Assembly (NCBI GenBank): GCA_043228905.1
Contig: JBHGNT010000005.1
Location: 3,286,001 to 3,350,000, forward strand
DNA: 64,000 bases
Source: Azolla caroliniana
Taxonomy: Eukaryota; Plantae; Polypodiophyta
Direction of reading: 5' to 3'
In this document: piece after piece, positions 55,380-64,000 of the stretch
Layout of the letters: every line of letters begins with the position of its first letter
How positions within the stretch are numbered: the first letter of the stretch is position 1
The notes under the pieces: generated by a model
What the model was told of the DNA's origin: nothing
The model's input: the letters and a program-made list of their open reading frames with translations, nothing else
The model's database searches: none
Made by a program: the position numbers and the translations under genes

Positions 55380-57362
55380 TAATTGTATGTAAAATTCACT
55401 CAGTTACAACACTTCTTAGTCTCCTCCACCTACCTTTCCTATGTGGTGATGTCCCGTAACGCCACTAGAAAACTTGAATATGCATTTTGAGGAAATGATC
55501 CCCACGTGCTCTAAGATCCATTGAAATTCTACATAAGAATAATACCTTTCAACTTCTTCATATACGCTTTCACCCCCATGTCTACTATCAAACTTGAAAG
55601 CATATTACGCATGTTCTAACTGTGTTGCAGTCCCCATTGTCATAAAAATTGTAACAAATATCTCCATCTCATCATTTGTACCATTGTTGAGGCCCCAAAT
55701 GACACTGGGTTAAAACTTGTCAAGCGTCCGATAAGCACTTCCAAATGATACAAACTATAGGATATTTAATGAACCTATGTACATTGTCCTCGAATGGAAT
55801 GGTCCAAAAGAAACACGAGCTTGACCCTAGTCCTTGTCTCTTTAAGGCTGAACCTAATGGAAGCCCACCAATCATAACTCTCCATATGAATACCTTTGCA
55901 CGAAATGGCAAATGGGAATGCCAACCACGTTGTAAATTTCCACCACCTTGCATTCGACTTACATACACTCAACACATTTTTTTCTTTAGGAGCTAGCCAA
56001 GATAATGATGTCATTGCATGATGATACAATATATTTGAAGTGACTTGTAACAAGCGTATACCATCCTATAACAACCAATCCACCCAAGGTGCAACATTTG
56101 TTTTCAATGGCAAAGATTCATGCAACAATGGTATATCTTGTAATTTCTCCCAAATAAATCCATAATTTTGGAGGAATGCATAACCATCGTTGGGCATTTA
56201 TGAATTCCAACAATCTTGAGACCACATCTCCCAAATGTACAACCCCCAATCGAAATAAATGATTTAATTTAGATCACAACTTCTATTTTCCATACCAATA
56301 CAACACTTAAGAAGAAACGAGCAATTCATCTTTTAAGAAATTATAAAATTCTTGATCACTTGATGGTGCCCACTCAGAAAAAGATAAAATCTTGCCATGT
56401 CCTTACCAACTATTGTTTGCATACCAAATGTTGAACCTTTCGATCAATACATCCATTGAGTAATGGCCACCACAATGATTAGATCTTAGTTTTCCCATGC
56501 ACCAATCCTACATGCTCAATAAAATATTACATATAGATACCCATGGTTGATCTTGTTGACAAGTATCTCGTAATAATGCAAATCTACGAGCCATCAAAAG
56601 CATTTCCAGATCCAATATTGTCGCACCACCTAACCATTTGGGAGTAGCCAAATGGTCACATGAAATCCATGTAACTCCCATAATTTCTCCTTTTTGCCAC
56701 AACGTGAACCGAAGAGGCTGCAACAATATTTGTAATGCCTTCTTCATCCAAGGAAGTAACGGTAAAAAAATATAATAACATGGGTATCAAGATACATTGC
56801 GCCACTTTGAGTTGTACATGAAAGGGCCATAATTTAGACTTCTAATACATAAATTTGTCTTTCAATTTACTATCCATTCAGTCAATCAATTGAACATTTT
56901 CAACATTAACACACAATGGCTACCCCAAATGCTGATAAATTGATCCTCATCTGATCACCAACCCTCGCCATCCCAACCATTCCAAATCACTCTCCGTACA
57001 AGATATAAGATGGGACTTCCTCTAATTTATATGCAATCCTGATGCCAAGAAAAATTGATGCCAAACTTGTATACTCCTTTTAAGATTTTCTTTTACGGCT
57101 TATAGAAACATAAAAGAATCATCAACCAATGCTTATATCATTAATTGTACACTAGAAGGAAAATGCAAACCCACAATTCTACCACTAGCTACAAGATTGG
57201 ACAACATTATTATTAAGGACATGTAACGATAGAAAATAGCAATGGACTTAGTGAACATCCCTATTGCATGGATCTAGTAAGAAAAACTTTCAAAGTAACT
57301 CCACCATTAAGCATCACACGAGATGTTGTATTTGCCCCTATAAAAAAGATAAGGTAACACGT
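55380..57362 (-). mobile_element. Decayed L1-like LINE ORF2 (C-terminal half of RT to zf-RVT and 3' end)
   Basis: SRVMLNGG...Q*GCSLSPLLF, LVDDSFMF (YADD equivalent), HLG*P, W.HLATPKWLGG, KVFIWRVMIGGLP...CFFW..EDNVHRF, with many stops and frameshifts. Confidence 0.85.
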
Positions 57363-57762
57363 TGTCGCGTTATTACGCGCGTGCGTGTAGAATGAGGCAG
57401 GGCCACGGGGGTCTTGGACTGAGGAACAAGAGAGCAGGAGGGGAGCAAGAAAGACAACGGCCGTGCTTCACACACACACAAATACACAGAAACCGTGACC
57501 GATTGAAACAAGATGAATGTGTATATGTATATATATATCTATATATAAGATGAAAGGGGTTACAACCGGCGGGCCGGTGAGCGACAAGCTCTAACGCCTA
57601 CACGCACACACACACACACCCGCACACAAACGTTGTCGCGTTGTTACGTGCGTGCGTGGAGAAAGGCGGGACCACGGGGGTCTTGGACTAGGGAGTGACG
57701 GAGCGTAGGAAGCCGCGCTTCACTCCTTTCGGGGCACCCCAGGAGCACACCAGAAGCAACCG

Positions 57763-57770
<8 letters not shown>
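57363..57770 (-). mobile_element. 3' part of an LTR related to the 62345-63041 LTR, with an internal duplicate of its terminus at 57634
   Basis: TGTCG..TT..TACG...TGCGTG.AGAA...GGG.C..CGGGGGTCTTGGAC aligns with the reverse complement of 62980-63041, and GTTACAACC is also shared. It ends in (GA)n at about 57767-57831. Confidence 0.75.
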
Positions 57771-57834
<64 letters not shown>

Positions 57835-57848
57835 GTACTAAACCACAC

Positions 57849-58321
57849 GCTCTGATACCATATAAATAATTAGGTAATTAACTAGGGTTAATTAGGGTCT
57901 AATTATGTGAGTATTGATAAAGCAGTAGAAGATTATGTGATTTGTGTGTGTATGTGTGTGAGAGGAAGAGAGAGAGGAAGATACACTTATGAACAATAAT
58001 ATAAATGGGGGATGATTAACAAGAGTGTAGCTAAATACCTTTCTCTATATTAATAAGCATCAAAATACAACGATATCCACAATGTGGTATATATACATCT
58101 CATGTGCAAGGGTGCACATGTGTGAGGAGAATATAGGTACAAGGATGTAAGTCCTATATTCAATGAACTTGGTAGTGGAGGATCTAGAATGTATTCCACT
58201 CAAGTACAAAATCCTATTTAAGGCTTTAAGGTCAACACTTCTAACGATATTCTAATTATGTAACTACTAAGTTACATGGTTGACTAAATATCTAAACCTA
58301 GTTGAGCTTCATATCTCAACA
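57849..58321 (-). mobile_element. LTR of about 460 bp plus tRNA-iMet PBS from an unrelated LTR retrotransposon
   Basis: GCTCTGATACCA (57849-57860) is the reverse complement of TGGTATCAGAGC. The adjacent AT-rich block ends in CTCAACA (TGTTGAG on minus) at 58321, where the LINE resumes. Confidence 0.7.
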
Positions 58322-58864
58322 TGGACATTGTCTTTGCAAACACTTTGTACAACTCCTTCCATCAATGAAATAGGCCTCCATTAATTATATGACTTCGAAG
58401 ATGGCACATTTGGTTTCAATTTGATTAGGCCTACCTTCCAACTCTCAAGCATGAAACAAGAATCAACATTGTTGAAACATTTTTGTGAATGGACTCTTAA
58501 GCATGCAAACATACTTTTTAAAAACTTCATTTGTAATATCATCCCAACCAAGGGTTTTACCATTTGGAATGTGTAACAATCATACCTTTTCCACCATAGC
58601 TTCTTCAAAATTAGCATCCAACTCTTGACAAATATTTATAAAACTCTTGACGTGCTTTGAACACATCCTCATTAATAATCAATTCTGGCCCAATCAAATT
58701 CGTAAAATGTGAAATACATAACTCAATAACCTTGATAAGGTCTACAACAATGCCATCTCTTATCTTAATTTGCACCACATTCGAACAAGCAGATGATGGT
58801 TTTAATCCTTGAAAAAACATATGAGATTGTGATTGATTATCTATACATCCCTCTTGTAATGGAC

Positions 58865-58868
<4 letters not shown>
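58322..58868 (-). mobile_element. Upstream part of the same LINE ORF2 (start of RT)
   Basis: GLIKLKPNVPS...WRPISLMEG..YKVFAK, plus a decayed K..G.DD..NEVF region. It ends at (TC)n 58869-58908. Confidence 0.75.
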
Positions 58869-58913
<45 letters not shown>

Positions 58914-59179
58914 GAGAATCTAGTCCCTCTGAATGGGATGGAGAGCCAGCTGGATCGGCCTAAAGCCGATTGACTGAAGAGCCGGATTATAGTTGGTTTG
59001 TCTTAATCGGAATTCAGATATTGCCCAAGGAGTCGGGTCGTCATGAGGCAACTAAGCATTGACTAGGGAGAGATAAGCCGAATCAGTTAATAGAAAATTC
59101 AGCCAAGGCCGAAAATCGACTAATAACCGACTCGGTTAATAGCCGAATCGATTGAAGCCGACTAGGGGCTATATTTGTA

Positions 59180-61210
59180 GCCGACTTGGTGTTTGGGACA
59201 AGAGCTCTCTATGGTTCCTTTCGTGATTCGATGGCACAGTTAGGAATTGGATGGTTTTCCCCCTGCTTTGGCCCCGAATTCGTGCAAAAGCCGCTCCACT
59301 ATCGAGCACCTTTGTCTCCATCCGTGAAGCTGTGATAAAGGGTTTCTCAAGGATCACGGAATGTGAGACCTCATCTTGAACGAACAAATTTTGGTCAATC
59401 TCCACATCTCCAATCTTGACTGGTACATCCGGACAAGCCGCAAATAGATTTTCCGTGGATTTTGTGGTTGCTCAGATCTTCCATCCATGGATGGTGTTTA
59501 TAGGCCACTTCCCCTTCTAGTAGAACTCCTTGGACATCAAATTGATCTCTGACCCGTGATCAATCAATCCTAGTACGGGCTCTTTGATGTTTCCGATTCG
59601 GACCAGAGTCTCCGTAGTTCCGTGTACCTAGTGTGGTCTTATGTAGTGGGAGTTTGGAATTTCACTGTCCACTTCCGTGTCGTTCATTAGAACGTTATTC
59701 ACATTCACCCTTGGAGCATTTTCCTCCGTAGATTGTCTCTTTCTTTTTACGAGATCCACAAAAAGATCGTGGAACTCCTTCACTATTCCGAGTAATTCCC
59801 GGAGAGAAAATTTCACCCAACTATCAAGAATTCTCTCTTCGAACACCTTCTTTAGGTTCATCCGTTGTTCGATGTCCGACGTGAGTTTGCATGACAGAAT
59901 AATTTTTCCTTTCCCCTTCCCTTCGTATACCTCATGCAATTGATATAACGCATGTATGTTATTGTTATCTACAGGGCACTCCCATCTCGTAGCTTCCCGG
60001 ATGCCTTCCGCGGTGCTCCGGATTTCATCAAAGTTGACTTTCTCCGAGATTTCTAGTACTTGCCCACACTTATTCCCGTAGTTGTCGCATAATTGCTTTT
60101 CCCCGCTATCTCCTCCTCTAGGACCCTCTAGGACCTTCTGCATGCCGCCTTTTCGGAAGTTCGGTCGTAGTGGCTTCCGAGAGTCCATCGAATGAATATG
60201 ATTTCCCTCGTAGTAGATAAGATACCGTCGTAGCGCCTCCTTGTGCTCATCACAATCCTTCTGATCATGTTCAGTGCTATCACACCATATGCACCGACGG
60301 TCTTCCGACTTCTTCACCATTGCAATTTTCAGATTCTCAATCTCCTTCAGCAACTGCTCCATCGTGGTTGCATCGATTCCCTTCTCGGTCGTAGTCTCCT
60401 GAGCCCATTGTTGATGGTCTTCCAATCTGGATCTTGGTTTTGTAATCGGTTCTGAAACCCTCTTTTCTTCATTACCAAGCCATTGCCCCCCTTCTGTGTA
60501 TCGTGCGACGATGTCCTACATGTTTTCCCATGTATTGGTGAGGCCACTCTCAGTAATCGTGTCCTCTACAATCACTCCAAGGTCTTTCCAGTTCCGGACG
60601 TCCACGGCTCGTAAGAACATGATCACTTTGTCTTGTGCGAGGATAGCTTAATCTCTCGTGAACAACCTCCCGAATCGACTTTCGAATGCCGAAAACACAT
60701 CAAGGACCTTCAGCCCCTTGTCTGGCGTTTCCACCCAATCTTCGAATCCCCTCCGCGTTGCCTTGGAAGAGTCCTCGAGAGTGAACGTGGTCTTCAGCGC
60801 TTCTTCAAATGCTTCCCATGTCGGATTTTGTTGTTGGATCCTGTGGATACTCCCTTGAAGCTCATCCGTAGCCACCCGATTGAAGGATGTCACTTGCAAT
60901 CTTTCCGATATTCCGCACCGTAGCATCTCCGCGTTGTAGTCTCGCAAATAACGTGACTCATCCTTCCCGTTGAATTGCCCGTTCCATTGCACGAGCCGCT
61001 CTACTGCCGCCGCAATCTCTGACATCGCGCATTGTTCTTGTAGCATTTGCTTGAACATTGTCATCATAATGTTAGGCTCGTGTTGATTCTCCATCTCCTT
61101 GCCACCCGTGTTCACGTTGGGTTCACCATCTGTGTCGTGCCTTTCAGCACCGGATCGTTGCGTGAGTCAGGTGGGAACTGCTGGGGTTTTGGACTAGGAG
61201 GAAGAATTTG
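59180..61210 (-). mobile_element. Decayed Ty3/gypsy element: LTR end, tRNA-Trp PBS, gag, CCHC knuckle and protease
   Basis: LTR terminus ...CGACA at 61133, PBS TGGTGAACCCAACGTGAA (61128-61111), Gag GQFNGKDESRYL..YNAEML, knuckle CIWCDSTEHDQKDC, protease GLIDHGSEINLMS. RT is absent. 58910-59180 may be a separate LTR fragment. Confidence 0.88.
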
Positions 61211-61699
61211 AGATGAGTTTAGTTATGAATATTAATAGATTATAAGAAAGAAAGATATGAAACTCATGAATCCCACGAGTATAGTGTATTGATTAATGTT
61301 TAGGTAAGAATATGAATTTAGATTGCAAGAGAGAAATAGATGGCAAATTCGTGAATCCCCACGAATATAATATATTAATCAACCATATACATCTTTCTCT
61401 CTTCCTTGTATAGTGATGGAAGAGGCTAAACATAGCATAACGCTTTTCTAAAGTGTTCATGCACACTAGATGTCCCTGAATTGCTTTTTCTACCATGCTT
61501 TCAATTTCTAAATATAGTGCTCATGCACTCTAGAGATGCATGAGTAACTTTTTTTTGTCACTTATGATATGTTAGTACAATGGTAAGGTTTGGGGTTTGT
61601 TTATATGGTGGTACAATGTTCAAATCTTGCCCTTTGCATGTAACATATATTTTAATATTTTCTTTTATTTCTTATGCATACTTAATCAGATATTTCTTA

Positions 61700-62344
61700 C
61701 ATATTTCACGTAGTGTGCAAATTACACTACAACATCGTTTATCATGGGAAAAAATGGACTCAAGACCAGATACCTTTGTGGTTGCTTGGGAGCGGTTTCA
61801 ACTGCTCTCAAATAAGGACAAAAAACAATTCTCATCTTCCTTGCATGGGGCTTGTTTTATATCTAATCAAATTTAGCATGTTTTTCAAACTGGTCAAAGG
61901 CAACTTAATTTGGCTAATACTTATACATGGTATGGTCTTTTCTTAGATCTGAGCCCTTTTTTGGCGGACCATGCAATACAAATATGGGTATTCCAAAGTA
62001 AGCCAATGGCACATCTTAATTGGGACCCGGTTGATTATGCATGGCGGTTGGTTGGCCATTCCTCGACAAATGAACAAGAGAATCGTAGGATTCTTCCCTT
62101 TTTCCAATATTTCGTGGCATAAGGCAGATGTTTTTTGATGCAACGTCATTGGATAAATACTGATGCACAAAAGTATTGGGAGTCAGGTGCTATATTGCAT
62201 CAATATATGACGGCTTATTGGAAAAGTTTATGAACTCCACCATATATGCGGAGAGCAATTTCTTTTAAGTGGTTAATGCTTCATTATGCTTTACCTGTAG
62301 GTTTTCATTTAAAAGGAGAAGTTGATGATCGTCATTGTGTGCGT
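61700..62344 (+). mobile_element. L1-like LINE fragment of the same family as 9900-10720, cut at its CxxC by an LTR insertion
   Basis: RRILPFFQYFVA*GRCF...DAQKYWESGAI...MRRAISFKWLMLHYALPVGFHLKGEVDDRHCVR. Similarity stops exactly at 62344. Confidence 0.8.
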
Positions 62345-63041
62345 TGTCGTGAAGAAAACCGCCCGCAAGAGGAATCGGAGGAGCAAGGCGTGGGAAACGG
62401 CTCTACACACACACGCGCGCCAAGAAGTACCTAAGGACGAAGTAGGTACATACGAGGATCCTAGGTGGGTAGATTCGGTTGGTATGCAGTTAATGCCAAA
62501 CGGCCTCTTGACGGGCTATGAAAAGGAAGAGGAAGAACAGAAAGGGGGATCTCGCGCGGAGAGGACGAAGTGCTGCCGAACCGATTTCGAAGCTCCTCTC
62601 TCACTCCTGCTTCTCTGTCTTCTGCTCCATCGCGTACCTGTGCAGGTTTCGAGGAGGCTTGCGCTGTTCCGTGGAACGCCCCGAGTGCGTCCTGCAGCAC
62701 CTCCGACCTGTTTTCCCCTTTCCGTGCGTCGCGACATACAGGGGTCGGCATCTGTTCGCCGCCCTGTTCGTTTTCGTTAGTATCTATTTCGTGCCCCGCC
62801 GTGGGTTGTAACACTTTAGCCTGTTATTTTCTTGCATTCATAAGTAAAGATCTTTCGTGGTTGCGTCCATCTGTGTCGGCGTTTATTTGTGATCTCTGTT
62901 TGTTGGGCCGTGTCCCTGTGCAAACTTCGGTTCTGTGTAATCGGGTCTCCCTCTCCTTCTCCTCTCTCTCTCTTGCTCTTCGGTCCAAGACCCCCGCGGT
63001 CCCTCCTCCTTTCTGCACGCAGGGGCGTAGCAACCCCGACA
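62345..63041 (+). mobile_element. 5' LTR (697 bp) of a young, GC-rich Ty3/gypsy retrotransposon
   Basis: TGTCG...CGACA inverted termini, an abrupt rise in GC and CpG, and a PBS 4 nt downstream. The predicted 5-bp TSD is TGCGT (62340-62344); the other end is outside the window. Confidence 0.9.
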
Positions 63042-63045
63042 TCTT

Positions 63046-63063
63046 TGGTGAACCCGACGTGAA
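63046..63063 (+). promoter_or_regulatory. Primer-binding site complementary to the tRNA-Trp 3' end
   Basis: TGGTGAACCCGACGTGAA is the 18-nt complement of ...UUCACGUCGGGUUCACCA, the plant cytosolic tRNA-Trp end as I recall it. Confidence 0.85.
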
Positions 63064-63085
63064 GGAGGCGGCAGAAGAGCAGGAA

Positions 63086-64000
63086 ATGAGGGGGTCGGAT
63101 CTCGCAGAGGCCATGGCTTCGGCCGTGGATCGGATTGTAAACGCGCGCGAGAGCACCGGTGCCCTCGACAGAGCTATTGAGGCGGTCGTCGGCACGATCG
63201 GCCGGTTCGATGGGAAGGATGCCACGAAGTATTTGGCGTCCTACGGTGCAGAGATGCTGATGCGGGACATTCCGGAAGAAAGGCGTCTTGCCGGATTTCC
63301 CCGAGTGGCGATGCCGAGCATCCATGCGGAGGTGCTCGAGGTGCGGACGGAGAGCCGTACCTGGGAGGAGTTCGAAGGTCGGCTCCTAGAGAAATACGGG
63401 CTGGACGACGCGCTCCGGCTTTCGAAGCGAAGGTTCATGGAATGGGTGGAGTCCCCGGGGAAGGGAAGAAACGCGTCGGCGCTCCTCCGGGAGTTCGAGG
63501 AAAACTTTGCGCGCCTTTCGGCGCTTGACCGAACCATCCTGGACACGAGCCGGGTCTTGCTGTTTGTCAAGTCGGTCGACGAGCGGGATCGGGAGCAAGT
63601 GGGCTTCTTGCTGGAAACCGAAGACGGGCTCACTACCGACTGGGCGGCTGTCAGGAAGGTCTGTGGCCGTTTCGACAAACGGCGAGAATGGGCGGATAAC
63701 GGGGCGACCGGGTCGGGCTCGGTCGCAGCAAGGAAGCTCGAACCAGCGCCACAGGTGCGCAAAGAAGAGACCCGGGAGTGGTTGGAAACCGGTTCGGCTT
63801 CGACCGGCGTAGTCAGAGGCTCAACCGGAGGAGCGGCGCTGGAGGAATTGACGAAGGCGATAAAGGACCTCCAAATCGCGCAGGCCCGAAGGGAAGGAGG
63901 CGAACCGGCTCGTGACCGACGGCCGGCGGCAGGAAACAGGTGCATGTGGTGCGATGAAGTCGGCCACATTCGGAAGGACTGCGGCGACTTCGCGGAGGCG
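63086..64000 (+). CDS. gag: Retrotransposon Gag (open, runs off the window; absent from the ORF track)
   Basis: 305 codons without a stop: MRGSDLAEAM...GRFDGKDATKYLASYGAEML...TWEEFE...FMEWVESPGKG...DGLTTDW...CMWCDEVGHIRKDC (CCHC). Homologous to the minus-strand Gag at 61115-60250. Confidence 0.9.
   Translation, partial: MRGSDLAEAMASAVDRIVNARESTGALDRAIEAVVGTIGRFDGKDATKYLASYGAEMLMRDIPEERRLAGFPRVAMPSIHAEVLEVRTESRTWEEFEGRLLEKYGLDDALRLSKRRFMEWVESPGKGRNASALLREFEENFARLSALDRTILDTSRVLLFVKSVDERDREQVGFLLETEDGLTTDWAAVRKVCGRFDKRREWADNGATGSGSVAARKLEPAPQVRKEETREWLETGSASTGVVRGSTGGAALEELTKAIKDLQIAQARREGGEPARDRRPAAGNRCMWCDEVGHIRKDCGDFAEA

Noticed and set aside
63241-63969. 242-aa antisense ORF and other ORFs over the LTR and gag
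   Set aside because: Shadow ORFs expected opposite a GC-rich coding strand, with no recognisable domain.

Overview
This is land-plant nuclear DNA, most likely a fern or other seed-free vascular plant. That is inferred from the style of the PLS-E PPR gene, the tRNA-Trp-primed Ty3/gypsy elements and the microsatellite-rich flanks. I assembled three apparently intact spliced genes by hand with consistent exon phases: a KANADI-type GARP transcription factor (+, 15088-19576, 6 exons), an AFG1/LACE1-family ATPase (+, 41756-48830, 14 exons) and a protein of about 1111 aa with three WRC zinc fingers (-, 54877-50743, 7 exons). A CCC1 cation-chloride cotransporter pseudogene (-) lies head-to-head with a disabled PLS-E PPR gene (+). 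The rest is decayed gene relics, hAT-type MITEs with 8-bp TSDs, a tRNA-derived SINE candidate, L1-like LINE fragments and a nested LINE/LTR cluster at 55-64 kb. The most notable signals are: (1) a covarying U5 hairpin plus a tRNA-Trp T-arm-complementary box in four LTR ends, resembling the retroviral primer-activation signal; (2) PPR coding sequence directly behind a LINE ORF2 stop; (3) four GARP-type binding motifs inside the KANADI gene's own first exon; (4) a chimeric LTR junction at a (GA)n tract that coincides with a deletion in the host LINE. All family calls come from motif recognition, with no database search.
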